From the NCBI RefSeq assembly GCF_009914755.1, contig NC_060937.1: a stretch of DNA of 64,000 nt. One strand, given 5' to 3'. Position 1 is the first letter of the stretch. The number at the start of each line of letters is the position of its first letter. Positions 17,522-31,657 of this stretch are shown one piece after another. The notes under the pieces are model-generated. The model saw nothing but the letters and a program-made list of their open reading frames with translations. It was not told the DNA's origin and did no database searches. Source of the DNA: the human T2T-CHM13v2.0 reference genome, Homo sapiens. The translations under genes were made by a program, and so were the position numbers.

Positions 17522-18057
17522 TCCAGGGTTACAATGGAAAATTTACTTGTTAAGTTGGGTTACAATAAAAAAGTTTGAAAAGCACTACTCCTAAACCATA
17601 CATTTTTCTTCAAACTGTCTGTCTGAGGTTTCCCTTGATGAGTGACCTTCAGTGGCCACCACACTTTCTCATCCCTTGGGGAATTCCCAACTAGTCATGA
17701 ATCTAGGGTCTGAAACATCTCGGGTCTCTGCAGACCGATCTCACTGACACATTTCAAATCATTACAGTGGTCTCACGACAGTTCCAAAACTGTGATTTTA
17801 CTGCTGCAAGATACCACTCCTGTCCCATTAAACACAGGCCCTTGCATTGAGGGAGGCCCCAAAGAGTTAAACTTAGAACTTCAAGAGTGATAAACACCCA
17901 ATTCATAACAGTGGCCTCCAGGTAGGCTAGAAATAGATCGAAAAGATTTTAATTAGGCTGACTGGTGGGTATACAGATGTTCAAAATATTATTTTCTATG
18001 CTTGTTTGTATGCTTGGCATATTTTTAATAGAAAAATTAATTGTAAAAAATGAATCA

Positions 18058-18200
18058 TGCCAGGTGTGGTGGCTTACAGCCTGGGTTCCAGCTACTCAGG
18101 AGGCTGAGGTGGGAGGATCACTTGAGCCCAGAGGTTTGACTCTGCAGTGAGCTATGACTGCACCACTACACTACGGCCTGGATGGCAGAGACCCCATTTC
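18058..18200 (+). mobile_element. Alu monomer (FRAM/right-arm-like)
   Basis: cagctactcaggaggctgaggtgggaggatcacttgagccc. Confidence 0.8.
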
Positions 18201-18709
18201 CTTGTCTAGGTTGTTTCTATTTGTCCAGGCAGTGCACTTTAGGGTTCATAAAGGTTATTCATTCTCATTCCTATAATGTTTTAGCCACTAGTAGAACAAA
18301 GGGCCTCCCTGTTTGTCTCCAGGTGGTCATCGCCCTGACATTAACAGTGTAAGTTTATTCAGTTGTGTCAACCTGGCTCCGAACAGCTTTCCATTGTCAG
18401 AGAACTGAAATGCCCACAGACTCTAAGCTCTAACCTACTCTCATCTCCTGATAACTCCACGGCCCAGGTTCACCATAACAAAACAGAGCACCCTCAGAGC
18501 ATTCACTGAAAAAAAAACTGGTTGCAAAAACAGGAGGGGCGATTAATATTTCTCTCAGTTACTACATTTCCAAAAAGTGCAAAGAAGAATGAAACAAACA
18601 ATAAGTGAGCCCAACCTGAGGGGGCGGAAAGTCTGGAAAGATTCCTGAGAGGATAACTGGGCTGCACTTAAAAGGATTTAAATCACAGTTAAAAATAAAT
18701 AAATAAACT

Positions 18710-19025
18710 GGCCAGGCACAGTGGCTCTCGCCTGTAATCCCAGCACTTTGGGAGGCTTTGGCAGGCAGATGGCTTGAGCTCAGGAATTTGAGACCAGCCT
18801 GGACAACATGGTGAAACACCATCTCTACAAAAAATACAAAAGTTAATTGGGCGTGGTGGCGGGTACATGTAGTCCCAGCTTCTTGAAAGGCTGAGGCAGG
18901 AGGACGGCTTGAGCCTGTGAATCGGAAGTTGCAGTGAGTCATGATTGTGCCACTGCACTCCAGCCTGGGCAACAGAGAGAGACCCTGTCTCAAAAAATAA
19001 TAAAAATAACAAAAAATAAAAATAT
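18710..19025 (+). mobile_element. Alu (AluJ/S-like)
   Basis: Full dimer; TSD ataaactg. Confidence 0.93.
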
Positions 19026-21299
19026 AAACTGTGGTGGATTAGGATAATTTTCCAAGATTTTTTGGTGTGGTATAGTCTCACTTTTGTAAGAAAATCGTGT
19101 ATCCCTGTCACAGATCAACTGTGTGCTCTTAGGCACGTCATGCTGTCTCTCTGGACTTCACCCCCTCCTCATTTGCAGATCAAGACAAGGCTCAGTCTCC
19201 AGGGAAGGGTGTTTCTGAGCGATGGGTCCAGGACTCCATGGCCGTTGGCTGGATGTGTCACATGGGATCTCAAGACTTGCTCAGCTGTTTTGATGCTACT
19301 GGGACTACTTGTAGTAGTCTGAGCGCGACCTTCACTCATGACACTTCACAGCACAGAGCAGGGCAAAACAACAACTCTGACACGGCTATCAAACTGGCCC
19401 TGTTAATAACAAATATCATCTACCAACATGAACCAATTCCCACTTTGCTCTCCAGCTACTTGTTTCATTTTAGTATTAATTTCTGCAAAGGAATAAGAGT
19501 AAAAGCATATACTGGGCGTTCCTGTGTTTGAAACCATTGGTCAGTGCGTGATTAGCGTTCATAAGCCCAGATCCCCCACAAAGCCTCCTGCTGGCCCTTA
19601 CAGCTTTCCTTCTTTGGGCAGAGAGAAAAAACACCATGACTGTCCTTTCTTTGGAAAGGACACACTTCACACACTTGCAGCATAAAAACAGTACTTTTTT
19701 CTTTTTCTGGCATTGAGTTTTACAATAAACCCCAACTGAGTAAGAAAACAACTTCTCATTTTCGAGTCTCTTAAATAAACAAGCCCACTTAAAAGAAAAG
19801 CAGCGCTGACCACATGCATACACCATGATTTAAGTGTACATGATTCCACACTAAAAAACAATTTACCCGGCTGGGTAACAGTACAGGAGACATAAGCTTT
19901 TTTACTTTAAGTTGACGGTTTTAAATCCAGCTCCCATTAGCAGTTACTGAAGATGATTTCCACTCAGTTGGTCTCCTTGGAAGGTTCAGTTGGTGATTTT
20001 AATCCTGAAGAAAATACAATTTTAAAAACACCGTTTGAGATGGAGCATTCCTAAGCCCTGGGCACATGGAACCTTTGAGCAATCCTTCACGGGCACTGCT
20101 TTTGGGTCAATGTGGCCAAGGCCTCCATCACCTACCAGGGTGCACAATGCGCTCAGCCCAGGGGGTCAGGGAGCACTTGTTTGTTCTGCGAGGGCCTAGT
20201 CCAGAAACAATCACCCTGATAAAACATCATGATTTCCTTATTTGTTTTTGTCTTTTAATTTTTCAAACTTATCAATTTTGACCCGCTAATCCATGACCAG
20301 CATTAAGTATACCTTGGTATCTATAAGACAGTTTACTAACCAATTTAGAAAGTGAACACATTTGCTGAAGGAACATTTAATCCCCTCCAAGAAACATATT
20401 GTTATCTAGACTATTTCTGCAGCACTTTTTGTACACTGGTAATTAATACAGCCATAATAAATGCTTATTTTACTTTATAATAACTTATTTATACTTTACA
20501 CACAAGTATAAAACTATGTCCAAAAGGACTTCTATCTAGAAAACAGCTGGCTGTTATTATCACCATTGGCACACATATATCATGTCTTATTACCGTACAA
20601 CTTGAGAAGAAACTGGGCTTAAAACACACACACACACACACACGTATATTTAATTCAAATTTGTCCTCACTTAAAGTAGCCTGGCATTCCCATATGTCCC
20701 AAATGAGTAGCAATCATAAGCTGTATTATAAGACATAATCACTTTATGCATATACCCGTTTAGTACCATGCAGTTGGATACACATAGAAATGGTATCATA
20801 ATTTCACCTTCTGGAAGGAGACTTTTCTAGCTGTATTCTGAGGTTTCCTAAATATCCATGAAGGGTCAGTTCTAGTTTTCTGGGTGGAATACCTTTGGTC
20901 CACAGCACCAAAGAAGACAACAGAGACAGGGGAGCTCTATCTAGGGGGCCGTAGAGAGATTCCAAGGCATCTGTGGACATTTGAATTGTATGCTCATTTT
21001 GGGTGATTGCACAAATACTGAGTTTTTCTAAGGCAACAGTCCATAGGTATTCTTCTTTAAATTCTCAAAAGAGCCTGTGACCCCAAAAAGGTTAAAAAAA
21101 CAACAACACTGAATTAGAAAAAGGGGGAAAAGGAGAAAGTAAGAGTAAGAAGAGGACTAAGCTAAAGAGACTGTAGAGAGTAGCTGACTGTTCTCACTAT
21201 GCGGGTACTGGGAAGAGCCTGGAAGGATTACAGTGCATGGAGATCATAAGAAGAACGTAGAGGGGAGAGAGGCAGATGGCCAACGCATATTGACTATCT

Positions 21300-21490
21300 T
21301 CATGATAAGTGCCTTAAGTACATTTACTCACCGAATCACTGTCACAGCTGCATGTGCTCATTAACCCCACTTGACATGTGAGGAAACCAAGGAACACAGA
21401 GATTAAGTATCTTGTAAAGGTCACACCACTAGTAAGCCAGGATTCAGACCCCTGCAGTTTGGCTCCATACATCCTAAACCACTGCACCAT
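21300..21490 (+). mobile_element. MIR
   Basis: MIR core gaggaaacc...aaggtcacac...gccaggattcagaccc. Confidence 0.7.
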
Positions 21491-22281
21491 AATCCCGCTC
21501 CCAAAGGACATGGGAGGAAAGCCACATGGGTGCGTCCCCTGACAAGGCGAGACGGACAGCAAAAGACCCCCTGAATCCAAGGCTGGGCCTGAGCTGTACT
21601 GAAATGCAGGAGGATGGGAGATGGAGCCCAAATGGCGGATATGTGAGAGAGAAGCCCTCCAAGATCTCCTCAATCTCCAAAACGTTGTGGCTCTAAAGGG
21701 GCATGAAGCACAACAGAGAGGTTGGCTCTGTCTCCTAAAGGAAAGGACAAACCCGAGCTGAGCTGCATGTCAGCCTCCATTCACTCATTCACATATCTCA
21801 GCAAATGGCCCTGATATGAATGCCTATCATGTGTCAGGCCCTGCCCAGTGGGGAGCAAAGCAGACATGGCCCTTGCCCTTACAGGGCTTAGAAACTGTCT
21901 GGATATGAAACATGTAAATATTAACAAGCCATGAAATCTTATGCAGGAACAAACATGATTGTGGGGCCAGGGACCTGCTTGGACTTCTGGTGAAGACCCC
22001 TTGAGGAGGTGACAATGAGATCAAGAGGACGAGAAAGTGCGGCCACTCCAGGGGCTGTAGAGTGAGACCTCCAGAGAAAAATGCCAAGAGGGTGGCACAG
22101 GGGTGGAGAGAATTCCATGCATTTGGGTAACTGGAGGAAAAACTGTGGCCAAGGAAGAGTGGGCAAGGGTGTGAGTGGCTGGAAGTGAGGCAAGAGAAGA
22201 CACGAGTGTCCTGCTGGAGCTGGAAAGCAGCATATGGAAAATGGGTTTTATCTAAAGTGCAAAGGGGAGCCTTTGAATGGG

Positions 22282-22411
22282 TTTTTTTTTTTTTTTTTTT
22301 TTTTTTGTAGAGACGAGGTCCAGGCTGGTCTTGAACTCCTGGACTCAAGTGATCTTCCTGCCTCAGCCTCTCAAAGTGCTGGGATTATAGGCATGAGCCA
22401 CCATGTCCAGT
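22282..22411 (-). mobile_element. Alu monomer (FLAM-like)
   Basis: Left-arm-only Alu; TSD tttgaatgggttt. Confidence 0.85.
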
Positions 22412-22454
22412 TTGAATGGGTTTGAAAAGCAAAGAAGTTAAATGATCTGACTAG

Positions 22455-22762
<308 letters not shown>

Positions 22763-23380
22763 GACTTGATCATTTTTAAGTGATCGTCCTAGCTGCTTAT
22801 ATGGAGAACAGATCAGATGGGGGAGCAAGTAGAAAACAATGTAGAAGGACAGATGAGAGAGCTGGGAGACCTGGCAGAGGTGGTAGTTACTAGGAAGGTA
22901 AGGTCAGTGTGGTGTGTTTTGTTTAAAGATGAGGCTTCTGGAGAGAATCTTACTCATTTTACTGATTATCCATAAAAAGGAGAGATGCATGTGGCAAAAG
23001 ATAGAAGTGGGACAACAGAAGGGAAGAGGAGTAAACGGGAGCAGATACAGGCAGGTTTGTCTATCTGGTCACAGGATGATGAGGGTGTTCCCTCTGAAAA
23101 CTCCAAGGTTGCGGAGAAGTTAGTGAGACAGGCAGCAGGAGGGGTGACAGATTTGAGGAGCAAGGAAAAGGTAGGAAGTAGCCACAGTGTGGGGAAGCAG
23201 AGGTGTGTTCTGCATAGAAAACAAAAGGCAAACTCCAACAGGGGCCCGTCTGCCAGAAGGGCTGACAACAAAGCCACTGCAAGGGTCCCACTCTGAGGAG
23301 TTTCAGAAAAAGGAGCTCCACTCTCAGAATAAATGAGCACTGCTGTTTCAGGGTGTTCACCCTGCAACCAGAGTTGGTTA

Positions 23381-23749
23381 CGGTTATGGTTTGGCTCTGT
23401 GCCCCCGCCCAAATCTCATCTTGAACTGTAGTCCCCACTTGTCGAGGGAGGGATCTGGTGGGAGGTGATTAGATCATGGGGGAAGATTCCCCTCTTGCTG
23501 TTCTCGTGATAATGAGTTCTCATGAGATCTGCTTGTTTGGTAAGTGTCTCGCACTTCCCCCTTCTCTCTTTCCCTCCTGCTGCCATGTAACATGTGCCTT
23601 GCTTCCCCTTCACCTTCTGCGATGATTGTAAATTTCCCTTTCGAGGCTCCCCAGCTATGTGAAACTGGAAGTCAATTAAACCTCTTTTGTTTATAAAGTA
23701 CCCAGTCTCAGGCTGTTTCTTTATAGCAGTGTGAGAATGGACTAATACA
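23381..23749 (+). mobile_element. MaLR solo LTR (MSTA/THE1-like)
   Basis: tatggtttggctctgt...cccaaatctcatcttgaa...gactaataca; 5-bp TSD ggtta/gctta. Confidence 0.88.
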
Positions 23750-24228
23750 GCTTACTGCTGGGCTCTTTTCACCTTTATGATACAGAAGGTGACCAGAGCT
23801 GGATAAAGAGGCAGAAGAGCCAGGCAAGTATTTGGGCACTTATGTATAACAGATGCAAAAATATCACTGCAATCAACTCCCAAATCATACACTGATCACG
23901 TTATGATGGAAGTAGGCGGTGCTCTCAAGTGGGAAAAAACAACACTCCTAAATATGTTTTGTGATGTGCATGACACTTGGCACCTGGAAGTGAGGAAGTG
24001 GGGAGACATTCTGAAATGGGAATACAGAGTGTTTGTGTGCTTTACTAAAGGATGTGATTAACTTGATCGTCCTTTGAACCCTTTTAATATAATAGCTTAG
24101 AGAGGAAGGGAAAACACTTTCATGTGCCAGAGAGGACGCACATGAAACTGACCACATTTGTTGCCTTTGGAAAGGGAACATGGCCAGAGGAGAAGAAGGG
24201 TGGAAGACATTTCAGTTTGCATTTTATA

Positions 24229-25920
24229 TCAACTGAAAAATGCCTCCCAAGTCAGAAAAATCACAATAGGAAATTGAGAAGAGGACTGCAGAAGAGTGGG
24301 AAACAGGTTGCCCACTGTCTTTCCAAACACTGATTCTGCTTCAGAAGAAATATCATAATTGAATTTATTTCTGAATAAACGTTTTATTAGCAAAGATTCA
24401 TTTTTTCCCACCCTTCCTCAAAACGCTTTGAAGCAGTATAATATGATTAGTGTCTCTGGGGTGCCCACATATTCTGGTCCAGCTCTTGTTAAGACCACAG
24501 GAACACTGGGTTTCCTGTATTCATCAGAAAGTTGTGTGCTATTTACTTTAAAATGTGGCTCCATGTTTCTTTCATGCTCAAGATAAGTCTTGCACTTTCC
24601 AGTTAGACAGCAGGTAGTGACCACCTTTCTAACAGGGACAATCCATTCATCACGAGCTCCTACTTGTCCTAAAACTCTACTTAAATCGCAAGAACTCAGC
24701 AGACAAATGAGAAAACAGAAGCAAAATGGGCCATTAACTCATAGAACAAAGCAGCCCATGTTACTTAAAGGCAATTCTTAATATAGATCTCCCTCTAACA
24801 GGCTTTTTTATTTTTATTAGACTGCTTTGATTGAAATTTTATGTATACACAAAATTATATCATTACATTACTGACAATGAAATCATTTCTTCCTGCCCTA
24901 CTCTATTTGTAACTCTTAATGTGTTTATAAAACATCCCACATTCTCAAGGAGAACAGAATCAAGGCCAACTATTTTAGCATGAATGATTATCAATTACAA
25001 AATGTAGATCCTTAGAAATCTATTTTTATTGAATTGTTTATCATCTGGTAAATAATGATTGCCCTTAAAAAGAACCAAACCTCTTATACTTTGGCAACCT
25101 CAAAAAGAATACCCCAGATCTTATGCAACATCAAAAGGTGTCCTTACTCCAGCAATTCTGACCCATGAAAATCTAAGTTTATCAAAAATATAAACTTAGG
25201 AAAGATTATTTGTCTTATGAAATAAGTCATAATACATGTAAAAATATGATTCAATTTACAAAAATCTGATTCACAGACAGCTTTTTCAGGAATAAATATC
25301 CTTTTATTCAATGAACATTTACACCAAGCTCTTGCTGTGTAACTGCTAATTTTACTTCGAAAGGCATATCTAATTTTTTTTCTTTCTTTTTTGTTTTCTA
25401 AAGGCATATTCAATTTTTTGGTCAGAAAAAATCTATACCCTTTAGTAAAATTAAGAGATCTCAATATACATTTCTACTTCCAAAATATAACTCTAACTTT
25501 TAAAATGCATTGTGCTTATATCTTTTCATCTACATGTTCTGGAAGGGCACTGAAGAATATCACTGTTAAGCAAACTGTAAAACAAATCAAATTAGTTTTG
25601 AGGACGCTTTATAACTCTTTGCCCATCAAAACACCAAGCATCCTTAAAACTTTAAGAATTATACAACTGTTCCAGCTTTTTGGTAAACAATGCAGCAAGT
25701 AATATTTTATTGACGTAGTCAATGAACCAGTTTTTTTCAATGTTCCCAGCATGTCCTTCAGAAAACAGATAAATTGTATTTTTCTAAATATCAGACAATA
25801 CCCAGGTGGAACAGCTTAGCTTGAATTTGGAAGAGATATTTCTCTTTGTTTAAAGTAGGTGTTTAAAACTGGTTTTGCAGGTAACTAGGCACATTCAACT
25901 TTCTTCTCATTGTTGTAAAG
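24229..25920 (-). pseudogene. Putative decayed coding sequence of unknown origin in SMAD9 intron 1
   Basis: Manual translation gives long protein-like stretches with scattered stops and frameshifts, including 168 codons with one stop at 24738-24232. No repeat or gene family recognised. Confidence 0.5.
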
Positions 25921-28319
25921 TCACCTCAGGAGAGTCTGGATGCCCTTTTTAAACTCTGATGCCTGCTTGGGAACCAGAGAAATGAGCTCCCCTCCAACCA
26001 CACATGTATGCACTCGTACCCTCTCTCCCTTTCTCTCACCCCCCACTCTCCCCTCTCCACACCCCCATGACCCCATCTCTCTCAAAATCAATGCAGTTCA
26101 GCCAAAACAGGAGGAATGTGAGCTGGTGGCAGAGCAGGAACAGTGCATCACAGACACACCACACAGACTACAGAGCATGTTCTTCAAAACGTTCCCTATT
26201 TTTCATTCAGAATCTCTCATATGCTAACTCACAAGCCACTTTTATGGGGCTTATTAGAAAATGTATTAACTTCACTCCAGCCTGTAGTTCATGGTGGTAA
26301 ACCCAACAAATGACCTTTCACTTTTCCTCCTTCCCGCTTTGGTCCTCTGAGAAATACAAATCCTAAGAAGAATGAATGGCCATTTTGCCTAGTCCTACTA
26401 AAAACATGTTACTATCTTTCCTTGTGCTTAGGAGTAGAGATTATTTCTAAAAAGCCCTTTAAAACCTCCTTGCGGAAGCTATCCTGATATACTTCTCAAC
26501 ACTTTCATTCATTCTTTGATTCAGTCAACAAGTATTTATTGAGACTCTATCATGCACTGGGTGCTGTGGCATGAGCTATACTTTCCCAGATTCAAAATCT
26601 CCATTGCCTAAGGAATAAGAACTCTAAGTCATGATGCCATTAGCCTGCTTCAAATATTCAGAGTCTTAAACATGTAATAAAATATTGGGGAGGTGCTATT
26701 TCTGGCCTTACTAAATGGTTTACTAGGTGAAGGGGGAGATGTGTTGCTTTGTTTTATATTGTTTTTATTTAAACATAGGTGGCAACAGAGTGATCTCATT
26801 GTAGAGAGTCTAAAACTCTGGGCCAGGCCAGAAGTAATGTATTTTCTTCATTACACCCGGCCTGGTAAGCCCCAGAATCTGTAACTGGCACCCACAGGAC
26901 AGCTTCCCGGTTCCCTAGGTCAGAGCTGGATGGATCCTAGGGCATAAGCTCAAGCTAATCCAACTTGCTATATTTTTCTCCAGGTGGAAGTCTGAAAATG
27001 CAGTTATGGTGTAACTGAGGAAATGACAACAATTAGGCCCTAATCCTGCTGCACTATCATTCGTCTGCTCCTTCCATCTGGCATCTGTTAAATGCTACAG
27101 TCCCACCACACAAACAAGCACTTCTTTAGATTTGCAGTTTAGATTCTTAAGGTTGGGAAAGAATTTCAGAAATTAAAAACAAAACAAAACCAAAAACTGA
27201 ATCTGTCCTGGAGTAAGGGTGAGCTCATCCATTGTAATGAGCTCTGTACCTTCTCAAGCCAGAAAAACACACAGAAAATGACAGAGTACAAGACCATGTT
27301 GAAATATTTTTGTCAATGATGATGGTAGTATTGTTGAAATGTACATAAAATGGTATTAATGGGTGACTAGGCTTCATTGTACCACTGACTTGAAAACTTA
27401 AACTGGAGCCACTCAGGTCAGACAGATTAAGGAAAGAACCTTACAAAGTCACGGAGGATACATATCCCATGAATAATGAAGTTGGTCATCGTGCAGAGCA
27501 AAAATTCTTCCTATGTCAATTTAGTCACTGAATGTAGATGAACAAGTAGATTTTTATGTGCTAAGGAGTCATGAAACACAGCAAAAGCCAAAAGAGGATA
27601 CACCAGCCTATCAAAGCACCACCCTAGCAAGTGCAAAGAAAGTATCAGGAAAGACATTCTCAACCTTAAAAATTATGGCAAAGCCCACAAACTAACTACA
27701 CTAAGTTCTTCCTGTGTCGCTTCAGATATTAAAAACCACATTTTGACAAACTCAACCAAAATTTTCCACTAAACCATCTGCTTGTATAAATTTAACCATC
27801 ATTTGTCCTTTAAAGTTGACATCACCAACTGTCCATAAACATTCCAGTCTTCTGAGAGTGAAATGGATCGGACTACATCAGGAACGACGGAGCTGTTTTC
27901 TCAGTAGGTTTAAGTTTTACTAAGTAGATAACTTATCAGTGATGCTTAACTTTAAAATAATCCAGCACAAAGCCACAACTGAGATAGATCAATAGCTGTA
28001 ATCTTGAGCAGCAAAGCAAAGACAATAACAAGCAAGAAGTACTTTTAAGAAAAGAAAATGTGAAGACATTCTATGCAAAATCTCAAACAGAATGAAGGAC
28101 AACTCAGCATTCTCCAGTCTTCTAGAAACACTGGCACTTTTTTGGGCCAGAAATGTTTAGTTATAAAATTAGAACATAGGTAAAAATCATTAAAATATCT
28201 TCATATAATTTACTAACTTAATAGACTTCTTGTAGAAAACTTTGGTCTGGATTGGCAAGTGTTGATAAGAATGTGAATAATAAGAATTTATAGAAATAGT
28301 TGGTTCAAGAACTGTGGAA

Positions 28320-29210
28320 ATAATTTGCCATTATCTTGTAAAGTTGAAATTTGTATATTATAAGACATAGCAATTCCACAACAAAGTATATAACCTAGGC
28401 TAGTTTCCAAACATCAGGTAGAAATGATTAATGAAACCAATTCATTGGATCTCAACCAGCATTTTAAAAAATGGACTAGATTTTATCAGTCATTGTTGAT
28501 AGTAGGGAAAAATTCTACTTCTTGAAGTTTTTGAAGAGATGAATAGAGGTATTTGTGTATATGTCCTACTGGATCATAGTTTTTTTAAAAAAATTGAAAG
28601 CCCCTTCCCTAAAGAAACTATTGTACATATATATATATATTTCCCCCTTCACAGATATATATATAAATATAAATATAAATATATATATATATACACATAA
28701 AGAAACCACTGCACATACTAGAATATTCATAGCAGTATTACTCAAAAAAGCAAAAATCTGGAAATAACCCAAATATCCATCGACTAGAGGATGAATAAAT
28801 GACGAAATAATCTTACAATTGAATTTCATATAGTAATAAAAACATATTAATGATATCCACAAAGATTAATCTTAGAAATATAACATTTAGTGAAAAACAG
28901 CAGAGCCTAGAAGATGACATAGAGTATGAAATCATTTAGTTTAAAAAGAAATAAAAACTAAATATCCTAGAGATACATATGTGATTAAATTTCATTTTAA
29001 AAATCAAGACAATAAAAACACAGAATTCAGAAATTAATGCTTCTGAGCAGAAGGCAGGGGAGTAGCCCAACAAGAAGATGTGGCATTAGTATGTTATACT
29101 GTCATATTATATTATATGTTGTATTATTATAATATTCCATAATTTTTATAAGTGTGCTACATATTCTTTTGAATGTATCAAATATTACAAAATAAAATAT
29201 TTTAATTTAA
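28320..29210 (+). mobile_element. Old L1 (L1ME-like) 3' fragment with (TA)n
   Basis: L1 3'UTR motifs (agaatattcatagcagtatta...cccaaatatccatc). Confidence 0.65.
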
Positions 29211-29384
29211 AACAAAATCCTAGACAATTTTATATAACATGGTCCCTGCTGTTAACAATATTTCTTATCAGATATAAGTTCAACAAAAGTTCAAAGATTA
29301 AGAAAAAATAAGAATTTTAATCCATAACTAGAATAGCGTTAGAACAATGAATAAGAAGGTTAAGAACAGTATTTATTGGGCAAC

Positions 29385-29752
29385 CACTATGGTTTGATAC
29401 GGTTTGGCTGCATCCCCACCCAAATCTCATCTTGAATTGGAGCTCCCATAATTCCCACATGTTGTGAGAGGGACCTGGTGAGAGATAATTGAATCATGAG
29501 GGCAGTTTCCCCCATACTGTTCTCTTGGTAGTGAGTCTCATGAGATCTGACGGTTTTCTAAGGGGTTTCCTCTTTCGCTTGGCTCTCATTCTCTCTTGTC
29601 TGCCGCCATGAAAGACATGCATTTTGCCTTCCACCATGATTGTGAGGCCTCTTCAGCCATGCAGAACTACGAGTCCATTAAGCCTCTCTTTCTTTATAAA
29701 TTACTCAGTCTCTGGTATGTCTTTACCAGCAGTGTGAGAACAGACTAATACA
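29385..29752 (+). mobile_element. THE1-family MaLR solo LTR
   Basis: ggtttggctg...cccaaatctcatcttgaattg...ctcccataattcccac...gactaataca; TSD gcaac/acaac. Confidence 0.9.
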
Positions 29753-30577
29753 ACAACTCATAAAGTTACAAAACTAACACATGGAACAATTAATGAGTAG
29801 CCCAAGAATGAAATTATTCGTTATAGACTAGAAACTCTTTCCTGGCTCCGTATCTTCATTCCTGTCTTTCTGCTTCCTGACCTCTTCCTCTCCCCTCTTT
29901 TAGGTCCAGTCACCTCCATGGAGTCCTCCTGATCCCCTGCCCGATGCTTTGTACTTATCATATGTCACTTATCCTGTGTGGCATCATGCTGATTGAGGTC
30001 CCAGTGGAGAACCCCACCTCCCCTGGAGCCTGTGGTTCCTTTAGCCCCCAAGTGACATCTCATTGAGAAATGCAAATGATGCCATGAAAAAGACAGCAGT
30101 GAACTAGCCCTTGTAGAAACATCTCACACCCCAAGAACACTACTTGGCCATGATTTATGACAAATTCCCTTATGTCACACTCTCCTTCGCTTCCATGGCA
30201 AGGAGGGCTATCAGTTTTCCCGAATTGTTTGGTAGTGAGGGGCTCCAAACTGCCTATTTACTTAGCACTCACCTCAATCTCCGGCAGTCACTTCCAGCCA
30301 GCACCTGTCAGCTTTAGGTTAGATTAACCAGTTAGATTCCTCCACCACTCCATCAACCCTAAATCCTCAAATCTACATCTTCCTCAATGTTCCCAGGTCA
30401 CCCCTTTTCTAATGAGTCCCAAATTTCTATACCCATATGTACCAATGATTTCCTTAACTGTAAACAACGCTGTGATGTGGATATACCTAACCTCTTAGAC
30501 ATGACTAAGAGGAAACCCCTTAGTCTCTTACTAAAACATGAGCTCACTTGCATCTCTGTATCGATCTAAAGATCTAG

Positions 30578-30800
30578 CATAGGTTTCTCAACCTCAACTA
30601 GCATAGGTTTCTCAACTACTGACATCTGAGGCTAGATTTGTGTGGAGGGGCTGTCCTGTGCGTTACAGGGTGTTTAGCAGCATCCTTGGCCTCCACCTAT
30701 AGATGCCAGTAGCACACATTCCCATCAAATTGTGATGACAACCAAAAATGTCTCCAGACATTGTCAAATATCTCCTGTCACCCTCTGTAGAGAACCACTG
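30578..30800 (+). mobile_element. MER20 (hAT-Charlie)
   Basis: ggggctgtcctgtg...gtttagcagcatcc...gatgccagtagcac...gagaaccactg. Confidence 0.85.
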
Positions 30801-31070
30801 ATATAGCATAAATCCTGATTCTGCTCAATAATCACAAGATCTTTTAGATTTGGGTAATTGTTAAATAGAAATTAAGCAGAATTTCAGAGAAAGATGTGTT
30901 CAATGTGAATTTCAATATTTGGAGAGAAATTGCTTTGCTAATGGCTGCACACAGATTAAGTTTTGAATCCTAGGCATAGGAAATTCAGTGCTTTTTTTTT
31001 AAGTTGGCCTAGGGACTGTTACCCAGTGAAGTTACTCAGGTTGAAGACATTAGAAGGATTTGCATCATAG

Positions 31071-31657
<587 letters not shown>

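Noticed and set aside
22914-23438. Cluster of 100-148 aa ORFs
   Set aside because: They overlap L2-like and MaLR LTR sequence, with no recognisable domain or splice structure.
30573-30620. Direct repeat ctagcataggtttctcaac in two copies
   Set aside because: Small local duplication at the MER20 end; not an array, and no CRISPR-like periodicity anywhere in this eukaryotic window.
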